Shown one piece after another: positions 1-12,550 of a DNA stretch of 64,000 bases. The stretch is from Obrimoposthia wandeli (taxonomy: Eukaryota). The notes beneath the pieces were generated by a model. That model was not told the origin of the DNA. It did not search any database and saw only the letters and a program-made list of their open reading frames with translations. Positions within the stretch are counted from its first letter, which is position 1. Every line of letters starts with the position of its first letter. Where the stretch lies: the NCBI GenBank assembly GCA_977020255.1, contig CDROCS010002437.1:186001-250000 (forward strand). The letters run 5' to 3'. Made by a program: the position numbers and the translations under genes.

Positions 1-993
1 AATATGACAAGTATAATAGTTAAATAATCCGTAATCTTTTGGTTCCTTGAATCTATTTCTGTCAAGAGAAATCTTGTAAACATTTTCTAAAGAAGATAAA
101 TATGCTATATTTCAATACTAAATTACCTATTCCTATCGGTTAGTTTTTTTAACGCTTTTGTTCACTCTTCTTTGCAATGTGTAAAGTTTTGATATTTTTA
201 TCATCTTTTGAAATATCATTTTCATCCTTTTCCTCTGGGTTGTCTTTTCTAATTTGAATCTGACAGTCCTAGTTTTTCAAGATTTATCGTTTTAAACTCT
301 CTATTTTCTTCATTAATGTTGGGATATTTCTTATTATTAAGTTTATAAATTCTAACGAACCATTTAAACGAGTAACTAAAGCCCGCTGACTAGTTTTTTG
401 CCTTTCTGTTTTCTAACCTCTTTTTGAAACTTTGTTTTAATTTTTTTAATATTTCCATAAAAATATTAAAGTGTAATTTTTATATTTTTGTAAATATAAC
501 TAAAACTAATTGATTAGAAATATTTGTTTTTGCTGTTTAAGATGAAATATGTCTAAAATTATCGTAATATTCAAAATAAGAAAATTTCACAATAGACAAG
601 TTTGACTGTATTTTAAATGAAGCTTATCAAAACCTAAATCTGAAGCATCAGCTATAAAGGTCAATTCAAAGAGAAATGAACCTCATTTATATTTGAAAAC
701 TTTGTTGTCAGAATTAAGTATTTTAATGTTAAGCAATTTGAAATATCGTACAAAAATAATTTATCAATTTTAAGTTAGTCAATTTATTATTTTAAGGATA
801 GAAGATTTTTGATACCTATAGATAACAATATTTGAAAATCTGAAATTTAAAAATATGTAAGGAATTCCTTAAAATCTTCGTTATAAGTTACTCATTAAAG
901 TAAAAACAAAACTTCGCGAAAAAAAGTTAGAGTGAGTGAAAAAATATTATTATTTATTAAATAACTCATCGATTGATTAAATTTTACTAGTGT

Positions 994-1323
994 ATGATGC
1001 AAGTATTAATCATTTCAATTGTAGAACGTCCGTCTCAAAGATATGGTAGCTACCATAGATATCGGATTACACACCGGGAAGTTGGTGCGCTCGTCTCAGT
1101 CCTTGTCGCTTATGATGAAATTCCTGTTCTGAGTGTTCTTGATTCTGGTAAGGCCTCATCAAAATGCTATTCCACGCGCGCTGGCCATTGCTACATGGTG
1201 ATGAGCATCGTGAAGCAGTACTCACGACCAGCTGCAACAGAGACGACAACGATGAGCTTCAAGTGTCATAAAAGAGCACCTCATTTCATCGACCACTTCA
1301 CTGCCCTATCAACAGACGGCTGA
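994..1323 (+). pseudogene. GC-richer coding-like island, possible retropepsin (LTR retroelement protease) relic
   Basis: ORF contains VLVAYDEIPVLSVLDSG, resembling the hydrophobic-D[ST]G active-site strand of retroviral-type aspartic proteases. No RT or integrase nearby. Confidence 0.2.
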
Positions 1324-3539
1324 GACCGCGCAGCGCCCTTCTCCGTCAATTGCGGCCATGAGCTGTTTTACCCGGTCATTGGTGCAGATGACCTTACCCA
1401 GGAATGACACCTGTCACCTCGGCCCGGTGATTGTCAGCCTTGAGACGCTGACTGACAACTGCCATCGCACCAATGGTCCCGCGAGTTCTTGCTGCAATGG
1501 CAGTCGGACTGGTATGACCTTGCAAAGATTATATTCTCGATTGTTTACATTTCATTACTATAATACAGAAATTTTTTAACTATTTTATTACACTCGATGA
1601 CAAAAAAAGTGTGGTCGAAATGTTAATCTCCCTCATGTTCGGTGTAAGAGTGACCCAAAGGAAACCGTCGATACATTGACTCTTATACATGTCACATAAT
1701 GTTTCAGAACCATTTAGAACAAATTCATCCAAATGAGCTCTTTCAAATTTCGACGAAGGTTAGGGCATGTGGTTCCGTTGGAATCTTTTTATTAGACCTT
1801 TCACCAGAAAATGTCCCAAGACGTTTATGCCATGCTTGCGATTTTACACAGAAAACAGCCAATTCATAAATGTAGTAACATCCTTGTCGATTTGCCCTCA
1901 TCAGTTAAGTATTTGGAAAATCTATGAAAAATATATTCAGATAAATAACGAGAAACGTCAAATTGTGCTTATCATTTCCACCATTTATCGTAAGAATCTT
2001 TGAATTTCACTGTCCTAATTTCCTTCATGATTGAAAGGTTTGACAATTTTACTACTTGCACAGTTAATTTCTAAATTGTAACGAGATGAATTTGGTAAAA
2101 TATGTAAAATTTGGATTGAGAACGCGCCTCATAAAATGCATCCCGCTGATGGAGTCCATGAACAACACAAAAGAAGAAGATCTAGATCTAGATAAAAACT
2201 CCAATTAAAAATAATCTATTTGAATAAGACTAGCGAAGCAATAATCCAAGATGTATATTAAAATAATTAATGTTTAATAGATGTAATTAAAGATAAATAT
2301 TTATTATTTTTATAATTCAAAACTGATTAATTCTTGAAAAAACTGAGATGTTGTAAACTAAACGGGATTTAAAAGAAATATTTTCTATCTCAGAAAATAA
2401 ATTGAGAAATTGAAAAGAGTTAGACTTTTAAAAGTCATTTTATTTATAAGTTGTGCCTTTTAGGATTATGATTTAGAGATGCAAATTTATAATTGTTAAC
2501 TACACAATAAACACAGTATCAAAATAATATTATTTATTTCAACTTGAATGTCGACAACGTTCGAGTACCAGTAAAGATGTAATAACTTCTGAGATAAAGT
2601 TGATTAATATATTAAATTAATTACTCGTTCTTATACAAACAGAATAGTACAACTAATGCTAGAAATACTTATACATAATCATTCATTTAGCACAAAAGAA
2701 GTGTATCAAAACGTTTAAGGTCAATTTTAAACAAGTCAAGAAGTACTTTGTTAACTGTATCGCAAGCGCAAAACATATACACAGAGAAATACTAATTGGC
2801 TCAGTAAATTATAGTAGAAAACTAGATCAATTAAATTACAGTTACTGTGCTCCATTAGTTACGAAATTCGCATTTAATTCAAACTACATTCAATTCTGAC
2901 AATTTATAATATCATGTGGGATATTGTCAAATATTTTTAATGTAGTTTTTTAATAAATTATTGTAAAAAGAAAACTTATTTTCCAATTAGAAAATTTTTC
3001 GGTTTATTTTATTTCAAACCTCAGAGAAAGATTAATTGGAATATTCTTCTAATATTGTGAATTGCGAAGTCACCTGTTTCCTTTTTATTCAATATTTCGA
3101 TAATATTTTTGAAACTGACCATATTATGAAATCATTTTTAACAGATTACAAAATGGTTATAAATAAAGCAGCGTTGATAACTTTGTTCAACAAAAAATGA
3201 CTTTCACTATTACTTCGAGTAAAATTATGACTTCAATATATTTTTTAAAGATTTATAAAATAAATTTTTCTGAGAACTGTAAAATTTACATACGTCAAAT
3301 TCAATTATACAAATTAATTTTTGAACTTCCAAAATATGATTTTAGAATCATAGAATAAATATCTTTATTATTATGTATTTTTATATACAGAGCCATTCAT
3401 TACATATTGATTTTGATTATTTTCTTTTTTATATATCTAGCTGCTCCAAGGATTCTACACAATATATTGCATAATAAATCAAACCTTTATAACGTATGTC
3501 AACGAAATATCCGGGCTAAGTAATCTTCACAAAGGTCAA

Positions 3540-3840
3540 ATGACTACAATTTTTCTGCAAGTTTCCTCAACAACTTGGTTTCATTCACGCTGAATACTTT
3601 GTTTCAGTCCATCAATAGATCGTGGCTTAGAAGCATACACACTATTTTGGAAACTATCCCAAGAAGAAATCAGGAGGTGTAAGACCAGGTGATGTGGCTG
3701 GCCATTTTTAGGATTATGAACAAGCACAACAGGTACTAAAACATTGCTCCCATGTGAACTAACCCGCCTTGGAACACACTTCCAGTGGCGTCAAATTTCG
3801 ATATAAGCTGGAACATTGTCGATATACCAGGTTCAGGAGA
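3540..3840 (-). mobile_element. Degenerate IS630-Tc1-mariner transposase, C-terminal fragment (WPPRSPDL-DFFLWG type)
   Basis: Minus strand reads KWPATSPGLTPPDFFLG, then frameshifts to SVYASKPRSIDGLKQSIQRE, matching WPxRSPDLTPxDFFLWG...VYxxKPxxIxxLK. Contains stops and frameshifts. Confidence 0.65.
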
Positions 3841-5983
3841 TCCTAAGATTTGATATCAACAATATCATCAAGAATTTGTTGCTGTTCTTTGCCTACAATT
3901 GTTTAATGTATGGCTGCATTCTTCACAGTTTAAATCGTGTAAAACCACTAAATGAAGTCTAAGAAACTATGTTTTGAATATGGAAAAAGAAAGGAAACAT
4001 GAATATATTTATGGGTTCGTTTACTTTTGGGCATTTTATCGTTTTTTTAATATTGATCGAAATTTTTCTCCATTTAATGTTCTATCTATTATCCTAAAAT
4101 CATAACAACAATCAGAAGACATAAAGCTATTTATCATGGGACTAAAATTATCTGAAATAGTTTATATAAATAAAAGAATTTAAAATTTGAGAAATCGGTA
4201 AAATAACATTAAAAAATCGCGATTTATATTAGAAAAAAAAATCTGAAAATCAACGATATTTTTGAGCCATTTTTATCATTTCAACGCAGTTTCTTTTCAG
4301 TGAGAATTATTTTCTTTTTTATATTTGTAAACAAAATCTTTTTATATTTTTTTAAAACGCTCTAATTAATTTTCTGATGATCATCGGTAAGATATGAAGC
4401 CATTGGCTTTAAATTTACTAAAATTAACTTTTATCCTTAATACGAGATATTTTTTCTTGGGTCTTTGGTATTAGAAAATAATATTCCTTTTACTATTTTA
4501 ACACATTTTTCAGACTAAAGTTATATTGTTATTTTATTTTTTCATTGCAAATATTTTTGTTGAATTCTTCTCAATCATCCTAACGGTATTTATTACAAAT
4601 AACTTAAATTCTGTTACATTGTATTAAACTTATCCTTATACACGTACTTAACATTGTTTAATATATTCCGATAAGCAATTAAAATGGCTGCTGATAAATG
4701 CTCTTTTGGAGTATAATTAATCTTTTGTGATTCAAAAATGTTTACTTTTAAAATCTCTCCTATATTTGCAGAAATATGCTAATAAAATACTAACAATACA
4801 AAGATCTATTTTTACAAAAATGTAGGGCATACTAGGTTGACAATAGTTCTCCATTAGCAGTGAGAAACTGTAAGAATATTGAAGAATTTAGAAGACACAT
4901 CAAAACGTTCTTGTTTAGAAGATGCTGCAGTTAATTACTCAAATTCCCACAATTATCGACCGACGTTTAACCTTCACTAACATAAATAAACATTTATTTA
5001 AGATTAATGAATTGAATTAAATTTAATTTTGCAAAAAATATTTGAATCATAATTATTTCGATCATATGATATTATTTCAAAAAGAAATCTCAAGCAGGGT
5101 TAGGCAAGTTATTATTGAGATCGAATTTGTTCCTTTATTTCTATAAAAAATTTGAAAAAGTATTGAATTACGGTTAAGTACAACAGTGTAAATATTTCGA
5201 ATAAAGCCATGGATTTTTATCAATTAAATAAATATTTGAAAAATTTAATTTTTTCAAAGTCGGAGAATACATGTAGAAAAATGTCTCTGTTGTCTGCAAG
5301 TAACATGATGTTTTTCAAAGAAGCAGTGCTTTGAATAATTCCGGAATGTGAACATGATCACAAAATAGGAGAAATAATAATATTTTATCAAATGTTTGTT
5401 CTGAGATTGGCTCTGATCGTCTCTGCAGTTGTTTATTATTAGAAATGTAATGTAACAAAAGAAGCGCGCACGTTTCGGACTGGCCTTTTTCAAAGTAGGG
5501 CATTTCGGACTTTTAAGAATTTTTTTCTTCTTATTTTAAGATTTATAAGATATTTTGTGTCAATTAAGATTAGTTGATGGTGTTCGTTCTACTAGGATTT
5601 TTGGTCAATTTATAAGATCTTAATTTTATATAAGTTAGTTTATTTGAAGAATTTTTTGTTAGAATATTTATAGAAAAAATGTTGTTTTGAACCAGTTTTA
5701 GTTTTTTTGGTAAATTTACGAGTCTTTTGGGTCAATGTTATTATAAAAGAGAAAGAATTAAGTAAATTTATAAGAAATAGTTAGTCGTTCTACGTCAGGG
5801 CCCAGCCATCATGCAATTGGCCTTAGCCCCGATTATGAAGAGATTTAAACATAAGGGGGACATTCCGCTGATTCATGTCCACATAAATGACATCTTAATA
5901 ATTGATAGACCAAAAGCACCAATGCGGGATCAGATCATATTTTATATGAATTGTGATTTAAAATGCAGATATAGCTATGAAAA

Positions 5984-6025
5984 CAGAAAAAATATTGGAA
6001 AACTCAGAAAAAATATTGGAAAACT
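5984..6025. repeat. Perfect 21-bp tandem duplication
   Basis: CAGAAAAAATATTGGAAAACT occurs at 5984-6004 and 6005-6025. Confidence 0.9.
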
Positions 6026-6314
6026 CAATAAAACTTAAGAATTAGAAAAAGGTTATTTGCTATGTTATCAAGCCAAACTTTCGATAGAGAAGAATAGACA
6101 GCAAGAGGTAATTGCCATAAAATACGAATTTTGTTTATAATCGTCAAATCAAAACTAAAGAAAATTTGTAACAATGTACATTTTTCTAAAATAAATAGAA
6201 TAATCAAAATTTGGGTAAAAAGTCTTATTAGTGGAAGTAATTTGGTCATGTGGGAACTCGAAAATTTACTTGAACATTTATATAATTTATAAGAAAATTA
6301 TGTGTATCCGTTTC

Positions 6315-6480
6315 TTTCAGTGGCTATTCGTGGATAATAGTGCAACTTGTCATCAAAGCATATTAACTAAGAGTTATTAAATCAAATAAGACCCCGAAGA
6401 ATAAATTGTCCAGAAAACCCTCCTGATAATAATCCCATAGAAAACATTTCGTTGGTTATGAAAAAAAAAAATTAAACCCA
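6315..6480 (+). mobile_element. Degenerate Tc1-like transposase fragment
   Basis: Reads DNSATCHQS, then after a frameshift CPENPPDNNPIENI, matching QDNAxxH...WPxxSPDLNPIEN. Confidence 0.5.
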
Positions 6481-7852
6481 AATTAACTCTTATTCACAAT
6501 GTAAGTCACAATGGTATAATCCAAGAAACTTGGTGAGATTATCCTGACTCAATTGACTCCCCACTTGAAGTTTGGTAAGAACAAATTCAGAAGAAATGCG
6601 AAAAATGGGAGATATCATAAATTAATTATATTTTTGTTTTGTTATGTATACTATTCTGGTTTTGACATCTAGTCTATTATTTTTTTAGTTAAATCTTTTT
6701 ATCTATTACAATTTTTTAGGCCACTTCTATGTACTTAAGTTTTTAAAAACATTTTTCTTCCATCCATTGACTTGCTTTTATTTATTAGAAAATGTTAGCA
6801 CTTTATTTCTTTACTAATCTAATGACGTTTCATCTACGTCATGAATATGGTTGGATTCTAAATTTAGCCCTATATGGAACCTATGAATTTTCCCATTCTT
6901 TTAAAACTATGTCAAATATGAATGAAATCTTTGGACACTGGTGGATTTCTCCATAAAAATAATAAAGATAAAAAATATCTTCTTCCACCGAAAACAAAGA
7001 AAGTATATTTTAGAAATCCCTATACATTTATTTACGATGCCAAATAAAGATCCGTACATTACAATTATTATTAAAATATTGCAGCTAATAACGATTTAAT
7101 CAAACAAATCAACATCTTTAACCTTTTACACGTCATCAAAATTTCTTGTCATCATAGTCTTGACTAAATTAAAATATATTTCGTTCTTGGAGAAATATTT
7201 TATATGCTTGACTTACTCCTTACCATCGCCGTACCCCTTGCTTTAGCATACCAAAAGTCGTATATAAATCTGTTTTGAGGGACACTAAGTTGATTTTCTT
7301 ATTTTGATACATGAATAGGTACTCATTTTTTTAATACTCTCTTAAAGGAATTTTTTATTTACCACTTAATTTATCATTTTTACTGATAGTTCTAACATAA
7401 TTCAAACCTCACCTTTTACCACATTTTTCTGGAACATACAATGTTATATCTGAGGAGTTTGACTGTATTTGTATACGGGTTTTTTGGGTTATTTAATAAG
7501 GCAAGACCGAGTCAGTGAAACATCGCAATTTCTACATGTCATTGACAGTTGACTCAATAAATCATTTGCAACAGAGTTTCAAACAACTTGGGGGAAGGAG
7601 TTGGGGGTTGTAGGGAACGAATAGTGGGTCAAAGGGAGAGCGGACAATAAAGGGAATCTAAGAAGAAACTCAACTTTAATCTTGTTCTGGTCAGTCTGGA
7701 GGGGATGCAGGTGGGTTGGGGTGTATGAGAGAGAGAAATTCTGTACATTTTGGTGAAGCGGGAGAAATCGAATCGGAAAGTGAGGGAGAATGTCAGAAAT
7801 TGTCGTAGAGGATGTGTGGAACATTGGCTTGTTGCTTGTGGGGCTGCTTGCT

Positions 7853-8194
7853 TCAACTGTTTGGAGGGTTTGAGGGGTAGAGGTTCCTGTGAGTTTTGTA
7901 GTCGATGAAATGTGCGGAGGGGGAGTATGATATGGAGGGGAAGGGATTATTCTGCTGCTGTTGTTGCAGCTGCTGCTGCTCTTGTTGGGCAAATACACTA
8001 GGAGAGATACTGTCGTAAGTTTGGCTGTTGTCTGAGTAGTGGGTCGAGCCCTCGTACACCCCGAACCCACCCCCAGCGGTCCCGCGTAGCGGATGGTGTG
8101 CAGCGTGGTGCTGGAAGTTGAAGAGCGGCTTCTTCAGACTAGTCGTGGTTAGAGAACCGTTCACCGCAGTGCCATTATCGATTGGCAGTTGCTG
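7853..8194 (-). CDS. LRR-Ig gene exon 4 (cytoplasmic tail)
   Basis: Acceptor ttttcag|CAG, in frame with exon 3; polyQ tract; TGA at 7855-7853. Confidence 0.75.
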   Translation of the reverse strand, partial: QQLPIDNGTAVNGSLTTTSLKKPLFNFQHHAAHHPLRGTAGGGFGVYEGSTHYSDNSQTYDSISPSVFAQQEQQQLQQQQQNNPFPSISYSPSAHFIDYKTHRNLYPSNPPNS

Positions 8195-11100
8195 CTGAAA
8201 ATAAATTGAAAATACTTAATGATCATATTTAACTTGGCTGGATGAGACATTTCTGGGTGTGCGAATTAGTCGCAGAGGACTGATAATGTAGCTGGTACGC
8301 ATAATTGGGTCTTCAACATGATGCTGAACATTTTGGAATTGTTCCTAAATACGTTATAATTTTGTATTGTATGTATGTAGTGTTTCAACATCGATTTTAA
8401 ATTTCACAATAATTTACAAACACAAATCAATATTTAAAAAAGGTTTTCAAACTTATAGTATGACATTTTCTAAAGCTATAACCTCACACAGTTTCATTGT
8501 TGTGTAGGGTTGACTCACTTATTTTATGTTGTGGTTTATGTTGTATTTAAGGAAGTAGGCCAACGTACTGGTGTGAGCTGCTGCTGGGGTTGTGAATGAT
8601 GCAGCGAGTAGTGGATTGACTTTTTGCCCGACTTGTAGCCTTGCCGTCGCCGGAAGTAGAGCTTGTAGAAGACCACGAACAGGAGCACAGTCAGCACAAA
8701 AGTGCCCACAATGGCCGCTGACATCTCCAGCAAGGTATACTGCTTGTGGAAGAGATATGAATCACTGCCGTTACCGCTTGCGGTCGCAGTGATGTGCACC
8801 TGTTTGCCGTCTTCTAGCTTCTGCTGCTTCCGTTGTTCCTTGCTGTTGCTGCCGTCCAGCTGCGGTCCCAATGTGGAGGGCCTAGCCCCAGGAGATTTGG
8901 CCCAAGACACCTGAACACTCACTGTATTCTGACCCGCAGTGTTCTCGGCTACGCACCTGCACACAGTCCATAACCTCAACCCATGCTCTGCGCTGAACTC
9001 ACAATGGTATATTTCAAAATCAATAACCTTTATTAGTATTTTCTGTAACTGATGTTGTATTTACTTTAAAATATTAAAAAGTTAAACCTAATTTAGGCCT
9101 AAATGTATTACTTATAAATAAAAGAAGTAAATTGCACATAAGTAATAAAAAAGTGCCAGACCTGCAGTTTAAAAATAATAGTCGATTTCTACTCTGATTT
9201 CGACAGCTGAGATTATAATTATTATTCTATTTATCTTTTCTTAATTTTTGGTCACTGGAAATACCCCACCCCGATCTTATTGAGCATAACTAATACATAA
9301 TGTTTAAGACTAAAATATGTGAAAATCTATATTGGAAAATTAAATAAACATTACTGTAATCAATATTCGAATACCTCCAATCAACACAACATACTGCAAA
9401 CAGGGAAACAGCAGAAGTAAACAATATTCGTATGAAAATGAAATATTCATCTTATGCAGAAATTTCAGTGGCTCACTTGAGCTGTCTGACAACATCGCGA
9501 TTGGCCGAGTAGTCGAACCCGTACACCGCAGTGTTGGGGTCCCTGGTGTCGACAGGTTGCATATCTCCTGCGGTATTTTTGGAGGAGATTTCAGAGGCAC
9601 CACTGTCATCGAGCCAGAAGATGCGGGTGGGGATCTTTTGGTCACCGCCGCCACTGCTGCTGGAGGCGCGGTCATCCGGACGCAGGTGGCAGCTGAGCTG
9701 ACCGGAGTAGAGGGTGCGCAGGTCGATGTCGATCTGACCGATCTGGGGTACGAAACAGTTGAATTCGGTCTCGAGAATCTGATGAAGCCGTCTCTTGCGC
9801 AGATAGGATGGTGCCACACAGCTCGGGAACAGGTCGTTGTTCTTGTTGCTACTGCTGCTGGCTGCCTTAGTCCGCAGGGTCTTACTGAGCCACAGAAGCG
9901 GGCAGTAGCAGATTAGCGGGTTCTCCCGCAGACTCACCAGTTCCAGCCGGTAGAAGAGCGGCTCGAACTGGCGGTCAATGGTGCGGATTTGGTTCTGCTC
10001 GAGCCACAGTCGCTTCAGACTCGTGACCACCGGCTCAAACACCGCAAAATCAAGCGACTGCAGCCGCGAGTTGCGCAGTGACAAGTTTGCGACTCGGAGA
10101 CCCTGGAGACAGTCACTGGCGAGCATGAGCTTTCCTATCTCGTTGAGACTGAGCCGGTCCAGCTCCAGCCCGGAGAAAGCTGACCTCGACACTGCCAAGC
10201 GCTGATTCTCGCTCAGATCCAGGACCCGGAGCTTTGTCAACGACGAGAACGTGTGAGGCTGCAACTCCTGGACGCTGCTACTGCGGATCTCCAGACTTCG
10301 AATCGAGTAACGGGGGAAGGCGAGCGCTGAGAAGTTGGCCGGCGATAGTATACCCTGTAACATTGGCAGCAATCAGCAGATGAACTTAGATTCTAGCTAA
10401 ATATCAATAGCTTCAAACACAAGCATATCCGAGAACCCAATTGCATTTAAAAAAATTTCTGTAACTCGAAAATTTGCTCTGATCTTAAACAATTAAACCA
10501 CTACTCTCGTTACGAATCAAAAGTCAATCCGGAATATGGACCACTACATTTAGGAAACAAACCAAAGACCAAGCATAAATCAAAAATTTCAATACATTGA
10601 TATAATCTCGTCATAATTTAAGACAATAAGTTTCGAATGAAAGTAAATATATGTGTAATATATTAACAAACTTTTACCAGTAGATTTCAGTAGTGCATAT
10701 GTAATTCTATATGTCTATTTCTTCTGTATTATGTTTAAATTCGTTTTATATAAATGCTTCTTTCATAAATGTGCAACTTTGAATGTTTGGAGAAGTCAAA
10801 ATTTTCATATATAAGGATCTTATTCGTTGTAGCATACTTCTGCTAATCACTTTTATAACTCATAAATTTAAACTTAAAATACATTAAGTTGACCTTCATG
10901 AAAAGGACTAAACACTCACACACAAAAACGACGGTTATTTTAAAGGATACTTATGTTTTGTTGTAAATTATTCCCATTATAAAAATTTGTATATTTTTTC
11001 TATTTAATGATTTTTTCTACTAATGCTCTATTTAGTTACCTTTACATAGATTCATGAAAAATACTAATTAAATAATTTTATTTGCAAACTCTACGCTTAG

Positions 11101-12550
11101 AAGTAAAGGTAAGTGTTTAATTCAATTAAATTATGAAATAAAAATTTTCAAGAAAAAATCATTCCACACATTGTTATATGTCAGTTATATTCATTATGTC
11201 ATTATAAAACAAAGAATATATATAAATAAAGTTACATAAGATATTATAAGTAGTCTCCTGATACTGCTCGAACACCATTTAAATCATACAATAATTTATC
11301 ATCTTGATGAAAAAAAAAATTCTAGGTATGAAAATGAAAATTTTTCAATTCCTCGAATCATCAAAATTTATATGATTTCTTTTGAATTCTAATAAGCTAA
11401 AGAGCCGCCTATCCAATAAATTGAAGTCAGGCGAATATGGAGATTGTTTTAATAGGTGCACATGTTTATTTTTCAAAAATTCCAAAGTTTTTCTGTTAAA
11501 GCATGCGGAACCAATTTCTAGCATAAACATTTCAAGCCTTACTTCTTGTGCAGGATGAATAAATTGTGCCAACACTAAGATCTGTTTCAAAGACCAATTC
11601 CCAAATTGAAATACGACTATTTTCCACAATTAATACATTAACTTTGGCCACGTTAGTTGGGATATTCGCAATTGGAGGTCTTCCTGATTGATGAGCATCA
11701 TCAAAAGATTTCCGCTTGCCTTGTTCTAAGTCCTTAAAGGTACGAAAAGGGTGCTTTTTCTTTCCACGGCTCTACTAGCATATCATAAATTTCGGGTTTA
11801 CTTCTTCCGATTCTTCGCATAGTTTCAATAAAAAATCCTGAAATTTTCTTTCCCACATTACATTTACTTTTTTACATATTATCTCTAGTTATAAAAATAA
11901 ACTTACCGGTTAAACTAAATTATTAATAATACTAGTATTATTATATATTTAAATAGTACGATATATAATTAATATTATATCACATTTAAAAAACAAATTC
12001 ACGGTTGTGAAAATTTTTTATAGCGATTGTCTCAAAATTTATTGAACATACTAAGTATATGAGTCATTGTTTTCCCTTTCTCGGTAGGTAGCACATCAGT
12101 TCTCTATAACTTGAAATTTTCTGGCGGTAACTGAAAGTTGAGTATAGGGGTTCTCCTGTATTGATAGATTTGATTTTTACTCTTTTAATAAAGGAATAAT
12201 ATTTTCTATAAACAAACGAGTTTATTTAAAGTTGCATGCATTATTGTTAGAAGAGTAGGGTTATTTTTATATTTTAAACAACAGGTTACTGCTATTGTCT
12301 GAAAGTAGTACCCTAGACGGTCTACCTGGAAGATGTACTGGCCAATGAGGGAGATACTCTCGGTTCCCTGCTGTAACTGGGTAGGGATGGCCGGGAGACC
12401 ATTGATGCGACAAGAGATCACTGTCCTGAGGCAAGTGGAACACTGTGGAGGACAGTTGGCCCGAACACAACCGACCAATAGGAGCAGTGTGCCCAAGGTC
12501 ACCCATAAGACGCAGCGGGACAATGCTGGGAGGCACCTGTTGATTGTCAT
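7853..12550 (-). CDS. LRR-Ig type I transmembrane protein (LIG family; Kekkon/LRFN/ISLR-like architecture), 4 coding exons, about 622 aa
   Basis: Exons 12550-12326, 10354-9477, 8992-8569 and 8194-7853 join in frame with GT..AG boundaries (phases 0, 2, 0; 1869 nt total). Domains in order: signal peptide, LRRNT (CPPQCSTC), about 6 LRRs, LRRCT (NPLICYCPLLWL..C..P...C), Ig domain (C..W..CRCVAENTAG), TM (AAIVGTFVLTVLLFVVFYKLYF then RRR), Q/S/H-rich tail. Confidence 0.9.
8235..8300 (+). mobile_element. Tiny Tc1/mariner-superfamily transposase relic in intron 3
   Basis: Reads WLDETFLGVRISRRG, resembling WLxETFPGRWIGRRG upstream of WPPRSPD. Confidence 0.4.
8569..8992 (-). CDS. LRR-Ig gene exon 3 (end of Ig, TM)
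   Basis: Acceptor gttcag|C, donor CCA|GTACGT; contains CVAENTAG and the hydrophobic TM helix. Confidence 0.88.
9477..10354 (-). CDS. LRR-Ig gene exon 2 (LRRs, LRRCT, first half of Ig)
   Basis: Acceptor gttacag|GGT, donor AA|GTGAGC; covers the 299-aa ORF with LxxLxLxxN repeats. Confidence 0.9.
11340..11760 (-). mobile_element. Internally deleted mariner remnant in intron 1
   Basis: HTH region (DDAHQSGRP..NVAKVNVLIVENSRISI), then LVPHALTEK (WVPHEL motif) joined almost directly to QSPYSPDFN (YSPDL motif). Confidence 0.8.
12326..12550 (-). CDS. LRR-Ig gene coding exon 1 (signal peptide, LRRNT)
   Basis: MTINRC...LLLLVGCVRA|NCPPQC. Donor CAG|GTAGAC; a candidate upstream acceptor (ttatttaaag|) lies near 12575. 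Confidence 0.85.

Noticed and set aside
1-560. Minus-strand charged coding-like stretch (possible gag/ORF1)
   Set aside because: Multiple stops and no diagnostic motif.
5455-5510. Penelope-type minimal hammerhead-like motif on the minus strand (TTGAAAAAGGCCAGTCCGAAAC)
   Set aside because: Core differs from CTGANGA at two positions and no flanking stems I/III could be built.
8592-8914. Plus-strand ORFs 8592-8792 and 8702-8914, and 12333-12584
   Set aside because: Antisense to real coding exons; no independent support.
9340-10205. ORFs 9340-9819(-), 9557-9916(+) and 9978-10205(+)
   Set aside because: Alternative-frame or antisense shadows of the GC-rich LRR exon 2.
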